Of a stretch of 64,000 nt of DNA, positions 54,924 to 64,000 are shown piece by piece. Both the position numbers and the translations under genes were made by a program. Source of the stretch: Escherichia coli (lineage in GTDB: Bacteria; Pseudomonadota; Gammaproteobacteria; Enterobacterales; Enterobacteriaceae); assembly GCF_003790525.1 (NCBI RefSeq), contig NZ_CP033635.1, one strand, 5' to 3'. Position 1 is the first letter of the stretch. Every line of letters starts with the position of its first letter. A model generated the notes under the pieces. It was not told where the DNA came from. It did no database searches and saw only the letters and a program-made list of their open reading frames with translations.

Positions 54924-56491
54924 GATGAGCGCTCCACAGCATCATCTAACAGTCGCATTGGTTCTGGTATTCGTCGCCAGTGGCGACCATCGTGCTCGGC
55001 ATTGATGACCGGTTTAGAACTTTGCGTTAAAGGCAGCGGCATGCCCCATTGTTCTGGGGCAAGCAGGCGCATCTGCACCAGCTCGGCACTGATTTGATCA
55101 TCTTCAAACCAGACCATACGGTTTGAGAAAATGTCGCCAGTCGGCAATGGGAAAATATGATTCAACGCGGTATCCAGATCGTTAATCCGACAGAATGAGA
55201 GAAACAGCACCAGCCGATTACCGCCAATGGTCATGATATCGCCAGTGCGATTAGGGCGACATAGCGTCAGGGCTTGCTCAACGCGGATACCCGGTACCGG
55301 ACGTAGGGCAACCAGAACGCCTTTACCGTGGGCAGGTAATAGAGGGTTATTCATCATGTTGTTGACGGCATTACAGAACACATCCCACTTCTGGAAACCA
55401 CGCAGTTTGAGCGGCTGGGTCATTGACAGCAAGGTAGTGATATCTTCCGGCACATAGCGACTAAACTTCTGCCCTTGCACGCTTTCGATCATCGTCAGAC
55501 AGCGGGAGAGTGGGGCATTCCATGGGATAACCATATTTGCACCGCAGGCCAATAACAAACGTTCATCGGTGGCGCGCAGGCTAGCGGTATTTTCCCGTAC
55601 GAGGATTTTCATCGCACTACCGCGCTGGCGACGCAGAGTATGAATGCTGCGGGCCAGTGGCTCGATTTGCGCATTTTGTTGTAAAGAAAAGACCACCGTC
55701 GCCGCCTGAGCGGTACGGGCTTCATTAAACAGGACTTCGTTATTGTTGAACAGTTGCCAGTGTTCCGATAGCGGCGGCGCACCTTCAAGTACAGAAACAT
55801 TACTCAGAATGCGTTTTTCGTCGCTGCGTGGTTGGATTTCCGCCTCTTGGTGTTGAACTAATGTCCAGCAACCATTTTGTTGCTGAACGCTAAGCTGCTG
55901 ACGGGCGCTGACCCCTTTTTCGTTGCACCAGAAAGCAATATCCAGCAAATGTTGGTCGCCCTGAAAACGCAAACTGGCAAGACCAAAAAGTGAACGGTAT
56001 TCCTCAAGTAACAATGAAAATTGTTTATCGTTATTATTTCCGGAATTAATTACCAAAAGCGAACAATGGTTTAGCCGGCTCCATTTATTCATTTTATCCA
56101 ACCATGAGCGAAGCCGCTCGGCAGGAATGTTTTGCCATGCGTTATTTGCGCAAACAAGAATAAAAAGGTAATTATGGGGATCAATAGAACACTGCAAATC
56201 ACGGGCCAAATAGTATAGACCTTTTTCATGATTTAGCATTGAAAATAATGTTATTTTTCCCGGCCCTTGAGAATCATCTAATTGAAAGATTTTCGCTGGA
56301 TCGCTGTCCATGCTAATGACCGCGACGTGTGCGGTTTCAGCCTGGGATGCAATTGTTTGATTCGCCAGACTGATAGCATCTTCATGGCGATCGACGTTAA
56401 ACCACCAGACGCCGCCTGCTGGCATATGTCGCAGCTCATCCCATAATGATGAGATACCGATAGAGAATACAGGGTCCACAATGTCCCTCAT
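54920..56491 (-). CDS. bcsE: cellulose biosynthesis protein BcsE (c-di-GMP-binding GIL domain)
   Basis: 523 aa. Confidence 0.92.
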
Positions 56492-56762
56492 GTCAACATT
56501 TTGTCTGATTATCAGTTTACTAGCGAAAGCTAAGAAATAAACCTACCATTGAAATTAAAACTTATCAGATTTAGCATGTGAATCAATTTAGCAGGTCACA
56601 AGACATGTGATTTTAGTCTTTTCGTTTTTAACTTTTTCTGTTGCGTAACGGAAAGTCAAAAAGTGAGCACATTCCCGTCTCGCCGTAAACAATAAACCGG
56701 CGAAATGCTCACGGTTAGAATTGTCTCATGAACGGTACGGTTATTTCATAGGGATCAAGCAA

Positions 56763-56951
56763 ATGAATAACAATGAACCAGATACTCTGCCTGATCCCGC
56801 GATAGGCTATATCTTCCAGAATGATATTTTGGCGTTAAAGCAGGCATTTTCACTGCCTGATATTGATTATGCCGATATTTCCCAACGCGAACAGTTGGCC
56901 GCGGCATTAAAACGCTGGCCGTTGCTGGCAGAGTTTGCGCAACAAAAGTAG
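56763..56951 (+). CDS. bcsR: cellulose biosynthesis protein BcsR
   Basis: ATG at 56763 gives 62 aa MNNNEPDTLPDPAIGYIFQNDILALKQAFSLPDIDYADISQREQLAAALKRWPLLAEFAQQK. Confidence 0.88.
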   Translation: MNNNEPDTLPDPAIGYIFQNDILALKQAFSLPDIDYADISQREQLAAALKRWPLLAEFAQQK

Positions 56952-56962
56952 GGGATTGGTGA

Positions 56963-57715
56963 ATGGCCGTACTGGGATTGCAGGGGGTGCGGGGAGGCGT
57001 GGGGACAACAACCATCACCGCCGCATTAGCCTGGTCATTACAAATGTTGGGAGAAAATGTCCTGGTGGTCGATGCCTGCCCGGACAACTTGTTGCGCCTG
57101 TCATTTAACGTTGATTTTACCCACCGTCAGGGCTGGGCCAGAGCTATGCTGGATGGCCAGGACTGGCGTGACGCCGGGTTGCGCTATACCTCGCAGCTCG
57201 ATTTGCTGCCTTTTGGTCAGTTATCCATTGAAGAACAAGAAAATCCACAGCACTGGCAAACCCGGCTGAGCGATATTTGCTCCGGCTTACAGCAACTAAA
57301 AGCCAGCGGGCGTTACCAGTGGATTTTAATTGACTTACCGCGTGATGCCTCACAGATAACCCACCAGCTGCTGAGTTTGTGCGATCACTCGCTGGCAATC
57401 GTCAATGTGGATGCCAACTGCCATATCCGACTGCATCAGCAAGCGCTGCCGGATGGCGCGCATATTTTGATTAATGACTTCCGTATCGGCAGTCAGGTTC
57501 AGGACGATATTTACCAGCTTTGGTTGCAAAGCCAGCGCCGATTACTGCCAATACTCATTCATCGTGATGAAGCGATGGCTCAATGCCTGGCGGCTAAGCA
57601 ACCAGTCGGTGAATACCGCAGTGATGCGCTGGCGGCTGAAGAGATACTGACGCTGGCTAACTGGTGCCTGTTGAACTATTCCGGGCTGAAAACGCCAGTC
57701 GGGAGTGCATCATGA
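56963..57715 (+). CDS. bcsQ: cellulose biosynthesis protein BcsQ (MinD/ParA-type ATPase), intact reading frame
   Basis: 250 aa uninterrupted; codon 6 is TTG (56978..56980); deviant Walker A GVRGGVGTTT. Confidence 0.92.
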   Translation: MAVLGLQGVRGGVGTTTITAALAWSLQMLGENVLVVDACPDNLLRLSFNVDFTHRQGWARAMLDGQDWRDAGLRYTSQLDLLPFGQLSIEEQENPQHWQTRLSDICSGLQQLKASGRYQWILIDLPRDASQITHQLLSLCDHSLAIVNVDANCHIRLHQQALPDGAHILINDFRIGSQVQDDIYQLWLQSQRRLLPILIHRDEAMAQCLAAKQPVGEYRSDALAAEEILTLANWCLLNYSGLKTPVGSAS

Positions 57716-60330
57716 GTATCCTGACCCGGTGGTTGCTTATCCCGCCGGTCAACGCGCGGCTTATCGGGCGTTATCGCGATTATCGTCGTCACGGTGCGTC
57801 GGCTTTCAGCGCGACGCTCGGCTGTTTTTGGTTGATCCTGGCCTGGATTTTTATTCCGCTGGAGCACCCGCGCTGGCAGCGTATTCGCGCAGAACATAAA
57901 AACCTGTATCCGCATATCAACGCCTCGCGTCCGCGTCCGCTGGACCCGGTCCGTTATCTCATTCAAACATGCTGGTTACTGATCGGTACATCGCGCAAAG
58001 AAACGCCGAAACCGCGCAGGCGGACATTTTCAGGTCTGCAGAATATTCGTGGACGTTACCATCAATGGATGAACGAGCTGCCTGAGCGCGTTAGCCATAA
58101 AACACAGCATCTCGATGAGAAAAAAGAACTCGGCCATTTGAGCGCCGGGGCGCGGCGGTTGATCCTCGGTATCATCGTCACCTTCTCGCTGATTCTGGCG
58201 TTAATCTGCGTTACCCAGCCGTTTAACCCGCTGGCGCAGTTTATCTTCCTGATGCTGCTGTGGGGTGTAGCGCTGATCGTACGGCGGATGCCGGGGCGCT
58301 TCTCGGCGCTAATGTTGATTGTGCTGTCGCTGACCGTTTCTTGCCGTTATATCTGGTGGCGCTACACCTCTACGCTGAACTGGGACGATCCGGTCAGCCT
58401 GGTGTGCGGGCTTATTCTGCTGTTCGCCGAAACGTACGCGTGGATTGTGCTGGTGCTCGGTTACTTCCAGGTGGTATGGCCGCTGAATCGTCAGCCGGTG
58501 CCATTGCCGAAAGATATGTCGCTGTGGCCGTCGGTGGATATCTTTGTCCCGACTTACAACGAAGATCTCAACGTGGTGAAAAATACGATTTACGCCTCGC
58601 TGGGTATCGACTGGCCGAAAGACAAGCTGAACATCTGGATCCTCGATGACGGCGGCAGGGAAGAGTTTCGCCAGTTTGCGCAAAACGTGGGGGTGAAATA
58701 TATCGCCCGTACCACTCATGAACATGCGAAAGCGGGCAACATCAACAATGCGCTGAAATATGCCAAAGGCGAGTTCGTGTCGATTTTCGACTGCGACCAC
58801 GTACCAACGCGATCGTTCCTGCAAATGACCATGGGCTGGTTCCTGAAAGAAAAACAACTGGCGATGATGCAGACGCCGCACCACTTCTTCTCACCGGACC
58901 CGTTTGAACGCAACCTGGGACGTTTCCGTAAAACACCGAACGAAGGCACGCTGTTCTATGGTCTGGTGCAGGACGGCAACGATATGTGGGACGCCACCTT
59001 CTTCTGCGGTTCATGTGCGGTGATTCGCCGTAAACCGCTGGATGAAATTGGCGGCATTGCTGTCGAAACGGTAACTGAAGATGCGCATACTTCTCTGCGT
59101 TTGCACCGTCGTGGCTATACCTCCGCGTATATGCGTATTCCGCAGGCGGCGGGGCTGGCGACCGAAAGTCTGTCGGCGCATATCGGTCAGCGTATTCGCT
59201 GGGCGCGCGGGATGGTACAAATCTTCCGTCTCGATAACCCGCTCACCGGTAAAGGGCTGAAGTTTGCTCAGCGGCTATGTTACGTCAACGCCATGTTCCA
59301 CTTCTTGTCGGGCATTCCACGGCTGATCTTCCTGACTGCGCCGCTGGCGTTCCTGCTGCTTCATGCCTACATCATCTATGCGCCAGCGTTGATGATTGCC
59401 CTGTTCGTGCTGCCGCATATGATCCATGCCAGCCTGACCAACTCCAAGATCCAGGGCAAATATCGCCACTCTTTCTGGAGTGAAATCTACGAAACGGTGC
59501 TGGCGTGGTATATCGCACCACCGACGCTGGTGGCGCTGATTAACCCGCACAAAGGCAAATTTAACGTCACCGCCAAAGGTGGACTGGTGGAAGAAGAGTA
59601 CGTCGACTGGGTGATCTCGCGGCCCTACATCTTCCTTGTTCTGCTCAACCTGGTGGGCGTTGCGGTAGGCATCTGGCGCTACTTCTATGGCCCGCCAACC
59701 GAGATGCTCACCGTGGTCGTCAGTATGGTGTGGGTGTTCTACAACCTGATTGTTCTTGGCGGCGCAGTTGCGGTATCGGTAGAAAGCAAACAGGTACGCC
59801 GATCGCACCGCGTGGAGATGACGATGCCCGCGGCAATTGCCCGCGAAGATGGTCACCTCTTTTCGTGTACCGTTCAGGATTTCTCCGACGGTGGTTTGGG
59901 GATCAAGATCAACGGTCAGGCGCAGATTCTGGAAGGGCAGAAAGTGAATCTGTTGCTTAAACGTGGTCAGCAGGAATACGTCTTCCCGACCCAGGTGGCG
60001 CGCGTGATGGGTAATGAAGTTGGGCTGAAATTAATGCCGCTCACCACCCAGCAACATATCGATTTTGTGCAGTGTACGTTTGCCCGTGCGGATACATGGG
60101 CGCTCTGGCAGGACAGCTATCCGGAAGATAAGCCGCTGGAAAGTCTGCTGGATATTCTGAAGCTCGGCTTCCGTGGCTACCGCCATCTGGCGGAGTTTGC
60201 GCCTTCTTCGGTGAAGGGCATATTCCGTGTGCTGACTTCTCTGGTTTCCTGGGTTGTATCGTTTATTCCGCGCCGCCCGGAGCGGAGCGAAACGGCACAA
60301 CCATCGGATCAGGCTTTGGCTCAACAATGA
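57712..60330 (+). CDS. bcsA: cellulose synthase catalytic subunit (GT2 plus PilZ)
   Basis: ATG at 57712 (ATGA overlap with the bcsQ stop) gives 872 aa starting MSILTRWLLIPPVNARL. Confidence 0.95.
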   Translation: MSILTRWLLIPPVNARLIGRYRDYRRHGASAFSATLGCFWLILAWIFIPLEHPRWQRIRAEHKNLYPHINASRPRPLDPVRYLIQTCWLLIGTSRKETPKPRRRTFSGLQNIRGRYHQWMNELPERVSHKTQHLDEKKELGHLSAGARRLILGIIVTFSLILALICVTQPFNPLAQFIFLMLLWGVALIVRRMPGRFSALMLIVLSLTVSCRYIWWRYTSTLNWDDPVSLVCGLILLFAETYAWIVLVLGYFQVVWPLNRQPVPLPKDMSLWPSVDIFVPTYNEDLNVVKNTIYASLGIDWPKDKLNIWILDDGGREEFRQFAQNVGVKYIARTTHEHAKAGNINNALKYAKGEFVSIFDCDHVPTRSFLQMTMGWFLKEKQLAMMQTPHHFFSPDPFERNLGRFRKTPNEGTLFYGLVQDGNDMWDATFFCGSCAVIRRKPLDEIGGIAVETVTEDAHTSLRLHRRGYTSAYMRIPQAAGLATESLSAHIGQRIRWARGMVQIFRLDNPLTGKGLKFAQRLCYVNAMFHFLSGIPRLIFLTAPLAFLLLHAYIIYAPALMIALFVLPHMIHASLTNSKIQGKYRHSFWSEIYETVLAWYIAPPTLVALINPHKGKFNVTAKGGLVEEEYVDWVISRPYIFLVLLNLVGVAVGIWRYFYGPPTEMLTVVVSMVWVFYNLIVLGGAVAVSVESKQVRRSHRVEMTMPAAIAREDGHLFSCTVQDFSDGGLGIKINGQAQILEGQKVNLLLKRGQQEYVFPTQVARVMGNEVGLKLMPLTTQQHIDFVQCTFARADTWALWQDSYPEDKPLESLLDILKLGFRGYRHLAEFAPSSVKGIFRVLTSLVSWVVSFIPRRPERSETAQPSDQALAQQ

Positions 60331-60340
60331 TGATAACGCG

Positions 60341-62680
60341 ATGAAAAGAAAACTATTCTGGATTTGTGCAGTGGCTATGGGGATGAGTGCGTTCCCCTCT
60401 TTCATGACGCAGGCGACGCCAGCAACGCAACCACTGATCAATGCTGAGCCAGCTGTAGCCGCCCAGACGGAACAAAATCCGCAGGTGGGGCAAGTGATGC
60501 CGGGCGTGCAGGGCGCTGATGCCCCCATCGTGGCGCAGAACGGTCCTTCGCGTGATGTGAAGCTGACCTTTGCGCAAATTGCGCCGCCGCCGGGCAGCAT
60601 GGTGCTACGTGGCATTAACCCGAACGGCAGCATTGAGTTTGGTATGCGCAGTGATGAAGTGGTGACGAAGGCGATGCTCAACCTCGAATACACGCCATCG
60701 CCATCGTTACTGCCTGTCCAGTCGCAGTTAAAGGTTTATCTCAATGATGAACTGATGGGCGTGCTGCCAGTGACCAAAGAACAGTTGGGTAAAAAAACGC
60801 TGGCGCAAATGCCCATTAACCCACTGTTTATTACCGACTTCAACCGTGTGCGGCTGGAGTTTGTCGGCCATTATCAGGACGTGTGCGAAAACCCGGCCAG
60901 CACCACGCTTTGGCTGGATGTTGGGCGGAGCAGTGGACTGGATTTGACCTATCAGACCCTGAATGTGAAGAATGACCTGTCACACTTCCCGGTGCCATTC
61001 TTTGACCCGCGTGATAACCGCACCAACACCTTGCCGATGGTCTTTGCGGGTGCGCCGGATGTTGGGCTGCAACAAGCATCTGCCATTGTCGCCTCGTGGT
61101 TTGGTTCGCGTTCTGGCTGGCGTGGGCAGAACTTCCCGGTGCTCTATAACCAACTGCCGGATCGCAATGCCATTGTTTTTGCCACTAATGACAAACGGCC
61201 GGACTTCCTGCGCGATCATCCGGCGGTAAAAGCCCCGGTGATTGAAATGATCAACCATCCGCAGAATCCTTACGTCAAACTGCTGGTGGTCTTTGGTCGT
61301 GACGACAAAGACCTGTTGCAGGCAGCGAAAGGTATCGCTCAGGGTAACATTCTGTTCCGTGGTGAAAGCGTGGTAGTGAATGAAGTGAAACCGCTGCTAC
61401 CGCGTAAGCCGTACGATGCGCCGAACTGGGTGCGTACCGATCGTCCGGTCACCTTTGGTGAACTGAAAACCTATGAAGAACAGTTACAATCCAGCGGTCT
61501 TGAGCCAGCAGCGATTAACGTTTCGCTAAATCTGCCGCCGGATCTCTACCTGATGCGCAGTACCGGCATTGATATGGATATCAACTATCGCTACACCATG
61601 CCGCCGGTGAAAGACAGTTCGCGGATGGATATCAGCCTGAATAACCAGTTCCTGCAATCCTTCAACCTGAGCAGTAAACAGGAGGCGAACCGCCTGCTGC
61701 TGCGGATTCCGGTATTACAAGGTTTGCTGGATGGCAAAACGGATGTCTCTATTCCGGCGCTGAAACTGGGCGCGACCAACCAGTTGCGGTTCGACTTTGA
61801 GTATATGAACCCGATGCCGGGCGGTTCGGTGGATAACTGTATTACCTTCCAGCCGGTGCAGAATCATGTGGTGATTGGTGACGACTCCACCATCGACTTC
61901 TCGAAGTATTACCACTTCATCCCGATGCCGGATCTACGCGCCTTTGCTAACGCGGGCTTCCCGTTCAGCCGGATGGCGGATCTGTCACAAACCATCACCG
62001 TGATGCCGAAAGCGCCTAACGAAGCACAGATGGAAACCTTGCTGAATACCGTTGGCTTTATCGGTGCGCAGACGGGCTTCCCGGCGATTAACCTGACGGT
62101 GACCGATGATGGCAGCACCATTCAGGGCAAAGATGCCGACATCATGATCGTCGGTGGTATCCCGGACAAACTGAAAGACGACAAGCAGATCGACCTGTTG
62201 GTGCAGGCGACCGAAAGCTGGGTGAAAACGCCGATGCGCCAGACCCCATTCCCCGGCATTGTACCGGACGAGAGCGATCGCGCGGCAGAAACTCAGTCAA
62301 CGCTGACCTCTTCCGGTGCGATGGCAGCGGTGATTGGCTTCCAGTCGCCGTATAACGACCAGCGTAGCGTGATTGCGCTGCTGGCAGATAGCCCACGCGG
62401 TTATGAAATGCTTAACGATGCGGTGAACGATAGCGGCAAACGCGCCACCATGTTCGGTTCGGTCGCGGTGATCCGCGAGTCCGGTATCAATAGCCTGCGT
62501 GTTGGCGACGTCTATTACGTTGGCCATCTGCCGTGGTTCGAACGCTTATGGTATGCCCTGGCAAACCATCCGATTCTGCTGGCGGTGCTGGCGGCAATCA
62601 GCGTCGTGCTGCTGGCATGGGTACTGTGGCGTTTGCTGCGTATTATCAGCCGTCGTCGTCTTAACCCGGATAACGAGTAA
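60341..62680 (+). CDS. bcsB: cellulose synthase periplasmic subunit
   Basis: ATG at 60341 gives 779 aa starting MKRKLFWICAVAMGMSAFP. Confidence 0.95.
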   Translation: MKRKLFWICAVAMGMSAFPSFMTQATPATQPLINAEPAVAAQTEQNPQVGQVMPGVQGADAPIVAQNGPSRDVKLTFAQIAPPPGSMVLRGINPNGSIEFGMRSDEVVTKAMLNLEYTPSPSLLPVQSQLKVYLNDELMGVLPVTKEQLGKKTLAQMPINPLFITDFNRVRLEFVGHYQDVCENPASTTLWLDVGRSSGLDLTYQTLNVKNDLSHFPVPFFDPRDNRTNTLPMVFAGAPDVGLQQASAIVASWFGSRSGWRGQNFPVLYNQLPDRNAIVFATNDKRPDFLRDHPAVKAPVIEMINHPQNPYVKLLVVFGRDDKDLLQAAKGIAQGNILFRGESVVVNEVKPLLPRKPYDAPNWVRTDRPVTFGELKTYEEQLQSSGLEPAAINVSLNLPPDLYLMRSTGIDMDINYRYTMPPVKDSSRMDISLNNQFLQSFNLSSKQEANRLLLRIPVLQGLLDGKTDVSIPALKLGATNQLRFDFEYMNPMPGGSVDNCITFQPVQNHVVIGDDSTIDFSKYYHFIPMPDLRAFANAGFPFSRMADLSQTITVMPKAPNEAQMETLLNTVGFIGAQTGFPAINLTVTDDGSTIQGKDADIMIVGGIPDKLKDDKQIDLLVQATESWVKTPMRQTPFPGIVPDESDRAAETQSTLTSSGAMAAVIGFQSPYNDQRSVIALLADSPRGYEMLNDAVNDSGKRATMFGSVAVIRESGINSLRVGDVYYVGHLPWFERLWYALANHPILLAVLAAISVVLLAWVLWRLLRIISRRRLNPDNE

Positions 62681-62686
62681 TTGAAG

Positions 62687-63793
62687 ATGAATGTGTTGCG
62701 TAGTGGACTCGTGACGATGCTGCTGCTGGCTGCCTTTAGTGTTCAGGCAGCCTGCAACTGGCCTGCCTGGGAGCAATTCAAAAAGGATTACATCAGTCAG
62801 GAAGGGCGCGTCATTGACCCAAGTGACGCGCGTAAAATCACCACTTCCGAAGGGCAAAGTTACGGCATGTTCTTTGCCCTGGCGGCTAACGACCGTGCAG
62901 CTTTCGATAATATTCTCGACTGGACGCAGAACAATCTCGCTCAGGGTTCTTTAAAAGAACGTTTGCCCGCATGGCTGTGGGGCAAGAAAGAGAACAGTAA
63001 GTGGGAAGTGCTGGACAGCAATTCGGCCTCCGATGGTGATGTCTGGATGGCCTGGTCGTTGCTGGAGGCGGGGCGTTTGTGGAAAGAGCAGCGTTATACC
63101 GACATCGGCAGCGCGTTGTTAAAACGTATTGCGCGGGAGGAAGTGGTGACGGTGCCTGGGCTGGGTTCCATGTTGTTGCCGGGCAAAGTGGGATTTGCAG
63201 AGGATAACAGCTGGCGTTTTAACCCCAGCTACCTGCCGCCGACGCTGGCGCAGTATTTCACCCGCTTTGGCGCGCCGTGGACTACGCTGCGCGAAACCAA
63301 TCAACGTTTATTGCTGGAAACCGCCCCGAAAGGCTTTTCGCCAGACTGGGTGCGCTATGAGAAAGACAAAGGCTGGCAGCTAAAAGCCGAAAAAACATTG
63401 ATCAGCAGCTACGACGCGATCCGCGTTTACATGTGGGTAGGCATGATGCCTGACAGCGATCCGCAAAAAGCGCGGATGCTCAACCGGTTTAAACCGATGG
63501 CGACATTCACCGAGAAAAACGGTTATCCGCCGGAAAAAGTGGATGTGGCTACGGGGAAAGCACAGGGTAAAGGACCGGTCGGTTTTTCTGCCGCCATGCT
63601 GCCCTTTTTACAAAACCGCGATGCGCAGGCCGTTCAGCGCCAGCGCGTGGCCGATAACTTTCCCGGCAGCGATGCCTATTACAACTATGTGCTGACCCTG
63701 TTTGGACAAGGCTGGGATCAACACCGTTTCCGCTTCTCGACAAAAGGTGAGTTATTACCTGACTGGGGCCAGGAATGCGCAAATTCACACTAA
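62687..63793 (+). CDS. bcsZ: endo-1,4-beta-glucanase (GH8)
   Basis: 368 aa starting [21 protein letters not shown]. Confidence 0.93.
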   Translation: MNVLRSGLVTMLLLAAFSVQAACNWPAWEQFKKDYISQEGRVIDPSDARKITTSEGQSYGMFFALAANDRAAFDNILDWTQNNLAQGSLKERLPAWLWGKKENSKWEVLDSNSASDGDVWMAWSLLEAGRLWKEQRYTDIGSALLKRIAREEVVTVPGLGSMLLPGKVGFAEDNSWRFNPSYLPPTLAQYFTRFGAPWTTLRETNQRLLLETAPKGFSPDWVRYEKDKGWQLKAEKTLISSYDAIRVYMWVGMMPDSDPQKARMLNRFKPMATFTEKNGYPPEKVDVATGKAQGKGPVGFSAAMLPFLQNRDAQAVQRQRVADNFPGSDAYYNYVLTLFGQGWDQHRFRFSTKGELLPDWGQECANSH

Positions 63794-64000
63794 ACATATT
63801 CACGCTTTCCCTCGGTCTGGCCGTCATGCCGATGGTCGAGGCAGCACCAACCGCTCAGCAACAGTTGCTGGAGCAAGTTCGGTTAGGCGAAGCGACCCAT
63901 CGTGAAGACCTGGTGCAACAGTCGTTGTATCGTCTGGAACTTATTGATCCGAATAACCCGGACGTCGTTGCCGCCCGTTTCCGTTCTCTGTTACGTCAGG
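63776..64000 (+). CDS. bcsC: cellulose synthase outer-membrane/TPR subunit, 5' portion only (continues beyond the window)
   Basis: ATG at 63776 overlapping the bcsZ 3' end; [40 protein letters not shown]…; no stop codon within the window. Confidence 0.88.

Noticed and set aside
58309-59856. 191-aa and 193-aa minus-strand ORFs inside bcsA, and the 220-aa ORF at 60031..60693 across the bcsA/bcsB junction
   Set aside because: Antisense frames of GC-rich bcs genes; histidine/arginine/glutamine-rich and without RBS-like context.

Overview
This 64 kb window reads as Escherichia coli chromosome, colinear with the K-12 region from sgbE to bcsC but in reverse orientation. Almost every large ORF maps to a well-known gene: the yiaKLMNO-lyxK-sgbHUE L-xylulose/2,3-diketo-L-gulonate operon with its TRAP transporter and repressor yiaJ; avtA, malS, bax; the xylose regulon (xylR, xylFGH, xylAB); glyQS; an IS150 copy next to hokA; cspA; bisC, tag, yhjX, eptB; tRNA-Pro(CGG) proK; dppABCDF; yhjV; and the two divergent cellulose operons bcsEFG and bcsRQABZ(C). 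I did not find a CRISPR array, a phage or integrase module, or a coherent cluster of unassigned genes that would point to a new system. The strain is not K-12 MG1655 as I remember it: the Ldr/Rdl type I toxin-antitoxin unit between yhjV and bcsG is a four-copy tandem array, bcsQ is intact at codon 6, and the left edge carries an AraC-family regulator and a divergent unidentified gene where K-12 has yiaT. All gene identities rest on recognition of the translated ORFs and gene order from memory; no database search was possible. Start codons were refined by eye where the ORF track over-extended the N-terminus.
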